DNA of 64,000 nt from Patescibacteria group bacterium (GCA_040390725.1 JAZJXT010000006.1:367-64366), one strand, 5' to 3'; shown: positions 36,000-46,812, counted from the stretch's first letter. The notes: a model not told the origin generated them from the letters alone. Made by a program: numbers and translations.

Positions 36000-38774
36000 C
36001 TAATCGCTCTGTCTTTCGTATTTTGCCATGATTTCGGCCTCTACCTCTTCCCTATCCCTGCCATATTTTAGATATGAAAGCTCTTTTAGGCTGTCCACTA
36101 TCTCAACATTCCCGGCCTCTGGTGCAAGGGTATGCATATTAAAAGGCTTTGTCGGCTGGCCATTTACCAGCATGCTCACATAAGCATTATAATTATCAAG
36201 CTTCATGATATCTATCGCTTTAAAAGTCGGCTGAAATCTTTTTTCCAAAAAATCTGCATCTTCGGAGCTGACGCGGAAAATAGCCATCGAACCGACGTTA
36301 CCAAAAACAGCATCTTTGATATCATCTTCGAGCTGAGCTATATACTGGTGCGCAATATTTAACGACAAACGATATTTACGAGCTTCGGAAAGAATCGAAG
36401 CGATAGAATCAGTCGTGACGTTTTGGAATTCATCTATATACAAATAAAAATCATTCATCTTTTTACCAAACATATCAACACGAGAAAGAGCCGCCATTTG
36501 TATTTTACCCACGAGCACGAGACCTATCAAATTCGCATTCATCTCGCCCAGGCGCCCCTTGGAAAGGTTCACAAGAAGAATTTTTTTATTGTCCATAATT
36601 TCTCGAAAATTAAAAACGGACTTTTCTTGGAGCACTACGGGACGCATGATGTCATTTGAAATAAAGTTATCAAATTTGGAAGTAATATAAGGCACGAAGT
36701 TCGCCAAACTTTGATCTCCCGTCGTCTGCTCGGCTGAAATCCAGAATTGCTTGATGATAGGATTTTTACATTTTGCGAGTTTCATATCACGAAATTCTTT
36801 ATCACCGAGTACGCGCGAAATCTCGAGCAAAGTACAGCCGGAATCCGGGTCTTCCATTATTAAAAAAGCGGAGTTTTTAAAATACTGTTCGAACATCGGC
36901 CCACCGGAAGTTTTCATGTCGAAAAGTTTATTAAAAATTCCCATCAATTCATTTACCACAAAAGTTTTCTGCTCAGGATATTTGCGGTCAAATTCGAGCA
37001 TATTTAGGCCCATCGGGCGCGCAGTGTAGGCAGGGTCAAAATAAATAACATCATCAATGCGCTCTTTTGGAATACGCGAAAGAATAGTCTGAATATCTGT
37101 GCCGTGCGGATCAATATAACAACAACCATCACCATTTCGTATGTCTTGCGTTATCATGTTCAACATAATATTGGTCTTACCGGTACCCGTCTGACCTATA
37201 ACATACATATGTCGCACGCGGTCCTCGCGAGCCATATGTATTTCAGTGTCGCGCCCACGATAGCTATTTACTCCCAAGGTAATCCCCTCTTTGCCCATCT
37301 CCAAAGGAGCCGGAGCGACTCCTGCCTTTGCTTCTTTGAGTTGAGGCATTCCTAAAATTCCTATCGGGAAATGAAAAACAGAAGCGAGCTCTTTTAAGTT
37401 CATCGGCATTATTCTTTTCGGCATAAAAGCGCGATACGAAAAATCATGAAAAAATTCTTTCAGAGCGGAACCTTTTAACTGCTCAAATAAAATAGAATTG
37501 CTGGCGGGCTCGGTGAATTGATTAAAAGAAGATTCTATTTCTGCCAAGATTGATTCAGCTCTTTCTTTATTTTCAGCAGAAGCGACGACGCGAATACCGG
37601 CTTTCATAATAGTACTTTTTAATTTGTTCGCTATATTTTCAGCCGCATTTTGATCAACAGACCTGCGCCCTCTCATATATTTTGGATCATTCTTTCCCTT
37701 ATTATCAAAATCACCCAAGACAAGATCTCTAGAAGCTTTCCAGATAGCTTGATGAAATTTATAAAAATTATCAGATGCATGCATTATGGATGTTCCGCTT
37801 TTTACATCGTCTAAAATCATATGAAAATCTTGAGTGAATTTTTCTCCCGCAGGAGCAAAGAGAAATTGAATAGCGGCACCCTCACCTTCTGTTTTTAATT
37901 TAGAAAAAACATTTAAAACCGTACTCATAGGATCATGCTCGATATTATCGTAAGTTTTTATCGGCAACACAGAACGCTGAGAAAAATGCGCACATGCACC
38001 GACAGAAACACCCTTGTCATTAAATACATTATAGTCATCTAAAACTTCTCGGATTTTTGCATCATGATAAAAAGCTAAAACTTGTTTTTCAAAAAGTGAA
38101 ATACGATTGTTTGGTATTGCAGCATAAATAACCACTGAATCGCTCTGGCTACCCAAGGCTACTTCCAAAACAAAATAATTATCCTTGGAATTATTCCTAT
38201 CTTCGGATATGGACTGCATGCCGGCATAAAATTGTTCCATCGCGCCGATAAATTCTTTGAAACCTTTTTTATCGCCTTCATCTTTTGGCGGAGGCAATGT
38301 GACTTCAAAAAGCGTCATATTTAAAGACTTCCAAAGAGGTGTGCCTTCTTTTAAGCCGGGTATTATTTGCCCTGTACTTAAATATTGAATCAATAGTCTA
38401 TGAAAATCATCATCGATATGCGGGCTATTCATTTCCTCAACTACAGACATGGCATTGCGAATTCCTTTTGTAAGCATAATACCCAAGAGCTCTTCCATGG
38501 TAGCATCATGAGGCTCCGGTTTTAATTTTAGAACGATGGCTTCGGCTTCTTTTTTTTCAATGATATGATTTTTATGCACGGCTTGCTCTAGTGGAATTTT
38601 TTTATATTCATGAGCAACAGCCCGAGCTGCTTCTTCGGCAGCATGTTCAAAATGCCCTTTGTCTTTTAATTCCTGTTCTTTTTTAGCGACATGCGCGCGC
38701 AAATAATCAAGCTCTTCATGGGGAGTTTGAAACTTCGGCATTTCTTTTAAAAAACTTCCTGCAGTTCCTAACAT
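36000..38774 (-). CDS. large P-loop ATPase of the VirB4/VirD4 (TraG/TraD, AAA_10/DUF87) type
   Basis: Walker A IGQTGTGKT, Walker B LYIDEF, downstream ARKYRLSLNIAHQ (RKxG...TQ/AHQ-like motif of FtsK-HerA-clade T4SS ATPases), and a ~500-aa N-terminal extension. Confidence 0.5.
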   Translation of the reverse strand: MLGTAGSFLKEMPKFQTPHEELDYLRAHVAKKEQELKDKGHFEHAAEEAARAVAHEYKKIPLEQAVHKNHIIEKKEAEAIVLKLKPEPHDATMEELLGIMLTKGIRNAMSVVEEMNSPHIDDDFHRLLIQYLSTGQIIPGLKEGTPLWKSLNMTLFEVTLPPPKDEGDKKGFKEFIGAMEQFYAGMQSISEDRNNSKDNYFVLEVALGSQSDSVVIYAAIPNNRISLFEKQVLAFYHDAKIREVLDDYNVFNDKGVSVGACAHFSQRSVLPIKTYDNIEHDPMSTVLNVFSKLKTEGEGAAIQFLFAPAGEKFTQDFHMILDDVKSGTSIMHASDNFYKFHQAIWKASRDLVLGDFDNKGKNDPKYMRGRRSVDQNAAENIANKLKSTIMKAGIRVVASAENKERAESILAEIESSFNQFTEPASNSILFEQLKGSALKEFFHDFSYRAFMPKRIMPMNLKELASVFHFPIGILGMPQLKEAKAGVAPAPLEMGKEGITLGVNSYRGRDTEIHMAREDRVRHMYVIGQTGTGKTNIMLNMITQDIRNGDGCCYIDPHGTDIQTILSRIPKERIDDVIYFDPAYTARPMGLNMLEFDRKYPEQKTFVVNELMGIFNKLFDMKTSGGPMFEQYFKNSAFLIMEDPDSGCTLLEISRVLGDKEFRDMKLAKCKNPIIKQFWISAEQTTGDQSLANFVPYITSKFDNFISNDIMRPVVLQEKSVFNFREIMDNKKILLVNLSKGRLGEMNANLIGLVLVGKIQMAALSRVDMFGKKMNDFYLYIDEFQNVTTDSIASILSEARKYRLSLNIAHQYIAQLEDDIKDAVFGNVGSMAIFRVSSEDADFLEKRFQPTFKAIDIMKLDNYNAYVSMLVNGQPTKPFNMHTLAPEAGNVEIVDSLKELSYLKYGRDREEVEAEIMAKYERQSD

Positions 38775-38817
38775 ACCTTAATTATACAATAAATAAAATA
38801 AAAATGTGTATTTATAT

Positions 38818-39591
38818 TTATCTAGAAGTTAAAATTTCTGCTTCGCCGTCGGTGATGGCAATAGTGTTTTCGAAATGCGCGCTGCGCTTGCCATCGGATG
38901 TGCGGAAAGTATAGCCGTCTTTATCGATTGTCACATTTTTGGTGCCATTATTTAACATCGGCTCGATAGCTATGACCATACCTTTTACCAGTTTCGCGCC
39001 CGTGCCCTTTTTGCCAAAATTCGGAATATATGGATCTTCGTGAATTGCTTTACCTACTCCATGCCCGGAAAGAACTTCTACAATGCCGAATTTGCCTTGA
39101 GATTTTACAAAGTTTTCTATAGCGTAGCCAATATCCCCCACTCTATTGCCTACTCGCGCAGCATCGATGCCGACGTGCAATGCTCTCTCAGTAATATCCA
39201 TGAGTTTTTCTGATTGAGCATTGACCTTGCCGACAGGCACCGTGAGAGCCATATCAGTATAGAGTTCTTTGTGCATCAAACCTAAATCAATCGAAACAAT
39301 ATCCCCTTCTTTTAATATTTTTTCTTCACTGGGAATGCCATGCACGACTTCTTCATTTACTGAAACACAAAGAGATGCCGGATAAGGAGTCTTGGCACCT
39401 TCTGGGCGATAATTTAAAAATGCCGGATAATCCCCGCCGTCTCGTATTAATTTTTCCGCATATCTATCCAAATCTTTTGTAGAAATTCCCGGAGCCACCA
39501 TGTCTTTTACTTTATACAAAACAGTCGCGAGCCTCCTGCCCCCTTCACGCAGTATTTCTATTTCTTCCGGTGTTTTTATTATAATTGCCAT
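38818..39591 (-). CDS. map: methionine aminopeptidase type I
   Basis: Pita-bread fold metal ligands and a ~257-aa length. Confidence 0.8.
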   Translation of the reverse strand: MAIIIKTPEEIEILREGGRRLATVLYKVKDMVAPGISTKDLDRYAEKLIRDGGDYPAFLNYRPEGAKTPYPASLCVSVNEEVVHGIPSEEKILKEGDIVSIDLGLMHKELYTDMALTVPVGKVNAQSEKLMDITERALHVGIDAARVGNRVGDIGYAIENFVKSQGKFGIVEVLSGHGVGKAIHEDPYIPNFGKKGTGAKLVKGMVIAIEPMLNNGTKNVTIDKDGYTFRTSDGKRSAHFENTIAITDGEAEILTSR

Positions 39592-39595
39592 AAAT

Positions 39596-40276
39596 TTATG
39601 ATATTACCGTTCCCAAAAAATCTTCCCCATTTAAACATCTTTCCAAATTCGAAATATTTTTTCCGTTTAAAATCATGACTTGCATTTTATCTTCTTCTGC
39701 GAGCTTGGAAGCGATAGGGTCAAAAGGAGAAGAAAGCCCCGGGTTCCATTCACTCGGTATTAACTTTCGATATTCTTGCCAGCTAATTTTCTCTATCTTT
39801 TTTGCATCCGGAAATTTATTCGGATCTTTATCATAAGCATAATCAATATTGGAAAGATTGATAACTTTTTTGGCACCTGTTGAAACTGCCGCTAAAACCG
39901 CATCCAAATCAGTGCTTTGCCCCGGCTCACAAGCCGAGCCTATTATTATAGGTTTTCCTAAATTTAAATTCTGGTGTAAATCCGCAATGACTTTTTCATA
40001 AGCAACATCTCCAAAAATTACTCGCAATAATTCCGCATTTAATTTGAGCGATGCAATACCTATCCAATCCAAATCTACATTTGATGGATTCGATAATTCT
40101 TTCGCAACATTTTGGTATTTCCTGCAAATTTTTCCTCCACCAGTAATGATGACGAATTTTTTTCCTTTTTGTACTTGTGATAAAATTAAATTTTTAAAAT
40201 CTTTCAAAAACCCTGTATCTATTTCTTCAGGAATAATGAGCGAGCCCCCTAATGAAATTATTATTGTTTCTTCCAT
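39596..40276 (-). CDS. pyrH: amino-acid-kinase-family protein, probably UMP kinase (archaeal type)
   Basis: IISLGGSLI ... ITGGG pattern. Confidence 0.45.
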   Translation of the reverse strand: MEETIIISLGGSLIIPEEIDTGFLKDFKNLILSQVQKGKKFVIITGGGKICRKYQNVAKELSNPSNVDLDWIGIASLKLNAELLRVIFGDVAYEKVIADLHQNLNLGKPIIIGSACEPGQSTDLDAVLAAVSTGAKKVINLSNIDYAYDKDPNKFPDAKKIEKISWQEYRKLIPSEWNPGLSSPFDPIASKLAEEDKMQVMILNGKNISNLERCLNGEDFLGTVIS

Positions 40277-40277
40277 G

Positions 40278-40865
40278 TTAATATCCTAAAGCTTTAATAA
40301 TATCTTTTTGCACATCTTCGACGGACTGCTCGCCATTTACGGTAAAAAGTTCATAGCCTTGCTTGCCTTTAAAATAATTCATTGAAGGAATTACATTATT
40401 TACATATTCATCAAATCTTTTTTCAATGCCTTCCCTGGTATCATCAGCCCTGCCTCGCAATAAATTTCTTTTCATTGCTTCTTCTCGGCCTACTTCGATA
40501 TAAATTATTTTTACCTTTTCTCTTCTAAAAAATTTTATCATTTTTTCAAATGATTCTGCCTGTACTAAAGTGCGAGGATAACCATCCGCTATCAAATTTT
40601 TTTCATCAGACAAAGAAGAAGTCAAAATACTAGTGAAAATAGAAGTGGTTAAAAAATCAGGCTGGAGCTCCCCGCGAGCCATAGAGTCTTTTATCAAATA
40701 CCCAACATGATTGCCGGACTCTACTAGCTTCCTGTATTCATTTCCGGGATAAGCGCAAATAGTTTCCTTGGATGTCTTCTCTTTCAAGAAGTCCATCAGG
40801 AGCTTTATTTGTGTGCCCTTGCCGGAACCAACTATACCAAAAAATACTAAAGTTTCACTTTTCAT
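40278..40865 (-). CDS. adk: adenylate kinase
   Basis: GIVGSGKGTQ P-loop and the LID LLRGRADD. Confidence 0.7.
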   Translation of the reverse strand: MKSETLVFFGIVGSGKGTQIKLLMDFLKEKTSKETICAYPGNEYRKLVESGNHVGYLIKDSMARGELQPDFLTTSIFTSILTSSLSDEKNLIADGYPRTLVQAESFEKMIKFFRREKVKIIYIEVGREEAMKRNLLRGRADDTREGIEKRFDEYVNNVIPSMNYFKGKQGYELFTVNGEQSVEDVQKDIIKALGY

Positions 40866-40903
40866 ATATCAACAATACAGGATTTGTGCATAATAATCAA
40901 GAT

Positions 40904-40988
40904 TCCCCTCTTGAGGGGTGGCTCGCTTTAGCGAGACAATACTCCACCTCCCCCGCCTTCAAGGCGGGTACTCCTCAAGAGGAGAATT
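40904..40988 (+). repeat. R6a: ~90-110-nt structured repeat (ttcccctcttgaggggtgg ... ccacctcccc-hairpin-gggtactcctcaagaggagaat)
   Basis: Three same-orientation copies with conserved outer stems and a third hairpin showing compensatory changes (cccgcc/ggcggg here). Confidence 0.55.
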
Positions 40989-41014
40989 AAATCCGAGGTG
41001 AATTTAAAAACAAA

Positions 41015-41599
41015 TTGTGCTTTAATGTATATATGAAAAGAGAAATCATAACAATAGCCGGAGCGCCTGGCAGTGGCAAGTCCAGCACTGCGGACCTAGT
41101 AGCTAAAAACCTTAACTTTCAGCGTTTTTCATCGGGAGATTTCATGAGAAAAATTGCGCTCGAAATGGGGATAACAATAAATGAACTACAAACAGTCGCA
41201 GAGAATGACAAGACAATAGATTACAAAATTGATGAAGAAGTTAAAAAAGCCGGAGAACTAAACAAGGTGGTTATTGATTCCAGATTGGCATTTCACTGGA
41301 TGCCGGGTAGCTTCAAAGTTTACCTCGACCTCCCCCCACAAATAGCCAAGCAAAGAATTTTAAATAATTTAAAAACAAATCTTCTCAGACAAAAAAGTGA
41401 AGGCTCTTCTGATATAGAAGAAATTTACCAAAAAATAACAAGCCGTCTGGAAAGTGAAAAAAAGAGATACAAAGAACTTTATGATATAGACCATATGGAT
41501 AAAAATAATTTCGATCTGATAGTGGACACCGACAAAAATAATTTACAGGAAGTCGTAAAAATAATTACTGCCAAATATCAAGAATGGCTGGAAAAATAA
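41015..41599 (+). CDS. cytidylate-kinase-like P-loop kinase
   Basis: IAGAPGSGKSS Walker A and length. Confidence 0.45.
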   Translation: MCFNVYMKREIITIAGAPGSGKSSTADLVAKNLNFQRFSSGDFMRKIALEMGITINELQTVAENDKTIDYKIDEEVKKAGELNKVVIDSRLAFHWMPGSFKVYLDLPPQIAKQRILNNLKTNLLRQKSEGSSDIEEIYQKITSRLESEKKRYKELYDIDHMDKNNFDLIVDTDKNNLQEVVKIITAKYQEWLEK

Positions 41600-41677
41600 T
41601 AAGCTATCAAGCCTATTACTATCATCACAATAAAAATAATTAAAGTTTTAAAAAAATGTTTTGTAATCATTTTATTT

Positions 41678-41860
41678 TTATCTATAACCCATAAAATACA
41701 AAATCACTGCTAAGATAATAAGAATAAATACCAAGACATAAGGTATATTCCACCACCAATTTTTTTTATCCATGTGTTTTTCAAATTTCTCATAGCCATC
41801 AGTCACGATAAAAACAGGCAGAACCACCATCACAAAATAAAGAAAAAATATTATAGGCAT
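41678..41860 (-). CDS. small two-TM membrane peptide
   Basis: ORF track. Confidence 0.3.
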   Translation of the reverse strand: MPIIFFLYFVMVVLPVFIVTDGYEKFEKHMDKKNWWWNIPYVLVFILIILAVILYFMGYR

Positions 41861-41884
41861 AATTTTTTTATAAACTTGATATTT

Positions 41885-43597
41885 TTAATGTAAACTATTA
41901 CTTAAATAAGCCCTGGTCTTTGGGCCAAAATATCCGGAGGCAGGAATTATACCTACAACATTTTGCCATTCAATCATTGCAGCCTTGGTAAGTTTGCCGA
42001 AATTTCCATTTTTGCCAACCTTGGACAGAGCCCTAGCTTCCAGACCTTTATCCTGATGAATCAAAAAATCCTGCAGAGCCATCACTGCCTTACCTTTACT
42101 TCCCAAGCCAAGATTTATTGTAATATCTTTTATTGACGAAACAGCCACAAATTTAAAAGATTTGGAGGGTACCAGAACTGAAGACTTGGCCAGAGAATTT
42201 ACAGTCAACACATTGATATTATCTGATACCGTCGCTGACCCTACGCCTAAAGAATTTTTAAATTTCACATAAACAGTCTGCACTCCATCTCCAGCTGAAA
42301 GTGTCCATGATTTCTTCTGAGTGAAAGGCACCCATGACGCTCCAAGAAAAGAATTATTATTTGCAATCATCATTTGAGTAGCACCCTGACTGAAAAGAGT
42401 TAAAATGACATTAGAAGAAGGAGCCCCAGCCTCGCCATTATTTATCAAAACTGAAGCATGAGTAGTATTTGGTATGTTTAAAATATTTATTGTGGCTGTA
42501 TTTGTTGTTGTCGTACTCGTAGTATCCACAGGTGTTACATCTGGCTCAACATAAGAAGATGTAGTATGACGAATAGTTTGAACACTACCATTTACTACCG
42601 CTGTATCAGTCGGGCCGTCATTAGTCGATGCTACGAACACACCGACATCGTCTCCATTTACTATGCCATCACTGCCACTGTCAACATAAACAGGAATTTC
42701 AAAATTTAAAGTTCTAACATTAGTCGCAGTTGGGGTAATATTTGCTGTAATAAAAATTCTCAAACCTCCATTTGGAATAGCTGTTGTTAATCCGCTCAAA
42801 TTCCATTTTTGATTATTAGATGTCACAGTCATTAAGCCCAAATCAGTATCACTGCCTGCATTGAAAATATTATCACCATCATCTACCCAAGCATGCACAG
42901 CAGAAATATCAGTACTATTTACCGCAGTGCCGATATTTTGCACACCGAGACCTGTCAGCTTGTCATCTCTTCTGTCAAAAACCCCATTTGATGCAGATCC
43001 ACCCGCAGTACCGTTGTCATAAAAAATATCTTCACCAGCTTGATACTTGCCATCACTATTGGCATCACTAAATGCCCATGTATTGTTAACGTTAGACATT
43101 GGTCCAAAAAGAGGACCAGATCCTAATATAAAAGACATTGCGCCACTGGTACAAGTCGTATCGTTGGAAATAAAGACTTGCTCGCCAATATTAAAAGGAG
43201 GGATTAAGCTTTTTGCACAAAGCGAGACAAGTCCGGAAGGACTTTGGCTATCCACGATATCAACAGCACCAAAAGGTACTAAAGGTGCACCCTGATATAT
43301 CGCGGTAAAACTTCCACTACCGTTAGTAGTAGAACCTTGTCCGGAACTTATTCCGTCCGTATCTACCACAGTATCAGCAGTAAAAGAACTTCCATTCCAC
43401 GCATCAGGAATTTTTACATCCATCACCAAGACATTCGTATCACCTCTGTGCACTGTCGCTGTCGGAGCGACGTTGTTCGTAATATTAGTCGCCAAGGAAG
43501 CACTAGCAAGAGACGGGAGTTGAGAAAAAATTAAGCCAGCAATTATAAATACACTTTTTATAACTTTATTCATCAGTAAATTATAACATAATTGCAA
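41885..43597 (-). CDS. large secreted surface protein with a C-terminal peptidoglycan-binding (PG_binding_1-like) domain
   Basis: Signal peptide, a Thr/Asn/Gly/Ser-rich body, and C-terminal KGKAVMALQDFL...GNFGKLTKAAMIEWQ (PG-binding helical motif). Confidence 0.55.
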   Translation of the reverse strand: MQLCYNLLMNKVIKSVFIIAGLIFSQLPSLASASLATNITNNVAPTATVHRGDTNVLVMDVKIPDAWNGSSFTADTVVDTDGISSGQGSTTNGSGSFTAIYQGAPLVPFGAVDIVDSQSPSGLVSLCAKSLIPPFNIGEQVFISNDTTCTSGAMSFILGSGPLFGPMSNVNNTWAFSDANSDGKYQAGEDIFYDNGTAGGSASNGVFDRRDDKLTGLGVQNIGTAVNSTDISAVHAWVDDGDNIFNAGSDTDLGLMTVTSNNQKWNLSGLTTAIPNGGLRIFITANITPTATNVRTLNFEIPVYVDSGSDGIVNGDDVGVFVASTNDGPTDTAVVNGSVQTIRHTTSSYVEPDVTPVDTTSTTTTNTATINILNIPNTTHASVLINNGEAGAPSSNVILTLFSQGATQMMIANNNSFLGASWVPFTQKKSWTLSAGDGVQTVYVKFKNSLGVGSATVSDNINVLTVNSLAKSSVLVPSKSFKFVAVSSIKDITINLGLGSKGKAVMALQDFLIHQDKGLEARALSKVGKNGNFGKLTKAAMIEWQNVVGIIPASGYFGPKTRAYLSNSLH

Positions 43598-43618
43598 AAA
43601 AAAATACGCAAGAATTTA

Positions 43619-43738
43619 TTCCCCTCTTGAGGGGTGGACTTTGTATCCAAAGGACGGGGTGGAAGAATTCATCCACCTCCCCCTGCGGGTACTCCTCAAG
43701 AGGAGAATCAAAAAAAACACCCTCTCGGGTGTTTTTTT
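43619..43738 (+). repeat. R6b: second copy of the structured repeat, with a 3' intrinsic terminator (acaccctctcgggtgttttttt)
   Basis: See R6a. The middle insert actttgtatccaaaggacggggtggaag is shared with R6c. Confidence 0.55.
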
Positions 43739-43758
43739 GTTAATAACAAATTTATTAT

Positions 43759-45711
43759 TTATTCGTTATCCCCTGCCTCCATTTTCATTTTAGCTTTTGT
43801 CTTTGGACCTACGAGACCATCAGCTACGAGATCATGAGCCTTTTGCCATTTCTTTATTACAGAAATAGTCTTTGGACCAAGCTTTCCATCAACTACCAAA
43901 CCAAGATTAAGAAGTTGATTAAGAAGTTTTTGAAGTTCCATAACTGCATCACCTTTACTGCCATTCTTTAGAGTCATTGTGCCCAAATTAAATGGACCAT
44001 GAGCCTTTACGCCTTCGTTGTTTACGCAAAGATCGCCAGTAGAAGTGTTGTATTTATTTCCTCCGGAACATCCTGGAGACATTGTTGTCTCAGTTACTGC
44101 AGGAGTAGTAGGAGTCGCTGCTGTAACTGTAATAGTCACAGGAGTTTCACTCTGTGCTACTGTCGAAGTAGTCGAACCGGAAGGCGTAGGAGGTGTGCAA
44201 GTTGGGTAGTCAGTCGCGCCGTTTGAACAAATAGATGTACATGCTGGATAGTCAGTAGCTCCATTATCACAAACAAAATTATTACTGCTTGGTCGGCGAG
44301 CAACATCTACTGTGCCTGTTCCGGCAGCAGCAAAGTAAAAATCACTTGTATGGTCTGGAGTTGGAGATGCACCTACATTAGTTGAACCCCAAACACCAGC
44401 GCTTTTATATCCCCCATAAACCTTCATAGTGTCAGAGCTAGAAGCCCCTACCAATACCACCGGTAATGCTGAAAGTGATGAATCAATATTGAATAACTTC
44501 GTGATAATCAAAGCGCCTCCGAAAGTTTTCACTCCGCTACCGCTCAAAGAAAGATTATAGTAAGTACCAGAAGAAGCTACATTAGTAAATTTAACTGTTT
44601 GAGCTCCACCTGTGTAATTTACATTGTTACCTGTTGCAGTAGCATCAAGGTTAAATGTAGCAGATGTTCCGCCAAGATTCAAAGTAGTAGATGCTCCTTG
44701 TGTAAGAGTTCCAGAACCTGCGAGAGCAGTTCCGACTGTTAATGTGCCATTATTTGTATATGTTCCATCAACAGTCAAACTAGGGATACTAAGAGTTCCT
44801 GTTAAAGTTTTAGTTGAACCGGACAAAGTGTGCACACCTGAACTTGCAGTAAATGTGCCGGAATTTGCCAAGCTTCCTGCGATACCCACAGTAGCTGCAG
44901 CTGTTTCAGAATATGTTCCGCCGACAGTAACGTCATCACTAAATACAAGAGTAGCAGCCGCATTAACATTCATAGTTCCACTGTCAGTAACAGCGCCAGT
45001 GAAAGTCTTTGTTCCTGTGCCGGAAATTGTCAAAGTTCCTCCGCTAGCAACATTAGTAGTATTAGAAGCAGTAAATGTGTTGCCTGCCATAGTCAATGTA
45101 GCTCCATTAGCAACACTCAATGCGCCAGTAGCAGTAAGTGTATTTGCTCCAGCAGATAATGTGCCGGAATTTACAGCCAAAGTGCCTCCGACTGTAGTTG
45201 TACCAGACAAAGAAACTGTACCAGAACCACCAACTATAACATTGTTATATGTTGTATAAGTACCCATTGCTTGTGCACCTGCACCATTAAAAGTAAGAGT
45301 GCTACCTGTTCCGTCAAAAGTTCCACCAGCACCAAAGTTACCACCTACATTAATTGCACCTGCACTAGTTGTCAAAACAGCGCTTGACCCATTAAAAGTA
45401 ATATTACCACTTACTGTCAATGTTCCACCACTTACTGTCAATGTTCCACCACCAGCAGTATTATTTATAGTAATTGACGATGCGCCTGCAGAACCCGAGG
45501 CTAAAGTGACATTATCTCCTCCAACTATAGTAACTGCATCACCTTCAACTGGGACAATGCCTCCTACCCAAGTAGCCCCTGTATTCCAAGGACCTCCCCC
45601 TCCAGTAGAAGAGATTGCCGAGGCTTCAGCTTTGTTGGCTGAGAAACCAACAAGCATCAAAGCAAAAACAAAGAAAACAGAAACAAAACGAAATATTTTT
45701 TTATTTAACAT
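43759..45711 (-). CDS. large secreted Gly/Thr/Ser-rich (beta-helix-like repeats) surface protein with a C-terminal peptidoglycan-binding domain
   Basis: Signal peptide; repeats GGTLTVSGNITFNG etc.; C-terminal KGDAVMELQKLLN...DGKLGPKTISVIKKWQ. Confidence 0.55.
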   Translation of the reverse strand: MLNKKIFRFVSVFFVFALMLVGFSANKAEASAISSTGGGGPWNTGATWVGGIVPVEGDAVTIVGGDNVTLASGSAGASSITINNTAGGGTLTVSGGTLTVSGNITFNGSSAVLTTSAGAINVGGNFGAGGTFDGTGSTLTFNGAGAQAMGTYTTYNNVIVGGSGTVSLSGTTTVGGTLAVNSGTLSAGANTLTATGALSVANGATLTMAGNTFTASNTTNVASGGTLTISGTGTKTFTGAVTDSGTMNVNAAATLVFSDDVTVGGTYSETAAATVGIAGSLANSGTFTASSGVHTLSGSTKTLTGTLSIPSLTVDGTYTNNGTLTVGTALAGSGTLTQGASTTLNLGGTSATFNLDATATGNNVNYTGGAQTVKFTNVASSGTYYNLSLSGSGVKTFGGALIITKLFNIDSSLSALPVVLVGASSSDTMKVYGGYKSAGVWGSTNVGASPTPDHTSDFYFAAAGTGTVDVARRPSSNNFVCDNGATDYPACTSICSNGATDYPTCTPPTPSGSTTSTVAQSETPVTITVTAATPTTPAVTETTMSPGCSGGNKYNTSTGDLCVNNEGVKAHGPFNLGTMTLKNGSKGDAVMELQKLLNQLLNLGLVVDGKLGPKTISVIKKWQKAHDLVADGLVGPKTKAKMKMEAGDNE

Positions 45712-45944
45712 AAATTTTTTAAACTTAATAATAATGAATAATAATAAAGACCTAAATAAATGCTTGCAATAAGCACTAATTATTATAACAAATAGAAAAA
45801 TACAAGGATAGTAAAGGTGTGGATAAGTCAGCTTGTCTATGTCCTACTTGTCATGACTGCTTTTCTTTGCCGCGATTATTAAAAGAATAATGGCAATAGC
45901 TAGCAATGCCCCCAATATATATATATTAATCATAACATTTGTAC

Positions 45945-46142
45945 TCATAAGTTAGTTTCATTTTTTCTACTAAGAACATACATCGACCAAAAGATTATTG
46001 ACAAAATAAATCCGGAAATTACAACAGCATAATTTACCTCGACACCCATCAAGCTCGTAAGGAATACAGACGCAAAGAAAACTTGTCCTAAATCTTTACA
46101 TACTTCTCCTAAGGCTTTTGGATTTGCAAGTGAATTAAACAT
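45945..46142 (-). CDS. small membrane protein
   Basis: ORF track; 2 TM. Confidence 0.3.
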   Translation of the reverse strand: MFNSLANPKALGEVCKDLGQVFFASVFLTSLMGVEVNYAVVISGFILSIIFWSMYVLSRKNETNL

Positions 46143-46211
46143 AATCCAAGTATAACATAAAAATTAAAAAACCACTCAGTGAGAGTGGTTTTTTAATTAG
46201 AATAAATTTAT

Positions 46212-46709
46212 TTATTCCTGCACCAAAACAGTCGCTACGTTTTGGTATTTATCACAATCCACAAGAAGAGTTTTGGATTTCAAGTAAACATCAGGCAAAA
46301 CCACTATCTTGAAACTCCATGGCTTTATAGTAAATGTCGTCCCCACCTTTATTGTCCGAGTATTTGGAGACCTGTTATCCATCATAATACCAGTATTATC
46401 TTTATATGTAACGTTAAAAGGATGTGCCTGACATGTCTTATCAAGCTGAATTCTCCTGTCAGCATACTTTACTAAAGCGTTTGCGTATGACAAAGTTATA
46501 GCTGAACTTGTAACAGGACTAGGCTCAAGGTCTTGAACTGATTCCGGCTCAGTCCCTACCGTAGCTGTATTTTCAGCCGGATTTGTTACATCCGGAGCTA
46601 CCGCTTGCTTATTTTTAGACATAAATAATAAAACTAATACAATAACAACAACTACTCCTGCCCAAACCCACATAGATTTATTTTTTTCCATAAAATTTTT
46701 TACCACCAC
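46212..46709 (-). CDS. secreted/anchored hypothetical protein
   Basis: N-terminal TM/signal; ORF track. Confidence 0.35.
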   Translation of the reverse strand: MVVKNFMEKNKSMWVWAGVVVVIVLVLLFMSKNKQAVAPDVTNPAENTATVGTEPESVQDLEPSPVTSSAITLSYANALVKYADRRIQLDKTCQAHPFNVTYKDNTGIMMDNRSPNTRTIKVGTTFTIKPWSFKIVVLPDVYLKSKTLLVDCDKYQNVATVLVQE

Positions 46710-46812
46710 AGCCTTACGCTTAGGCAGTTATGTTAATTTTTAATTAATAAAACATTTATAATACTTTAATTATATCATACATAATGCCGTATCAACAAGT
46801 AAAATATTACAG

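Noticed and set aside
44624-45772. Two long plus-strand ORFs (211 and 157 aa) and other antisense ORFs inside the giant surface-protein genes
   Set aside because: They are antisense to the Gly/Thr/Ser-rich repeat genes. Codon-periodic low-complexity sequence keeps the opposite frame open. Their products are Pro/Val/Ala-rich with no start or RBS context.
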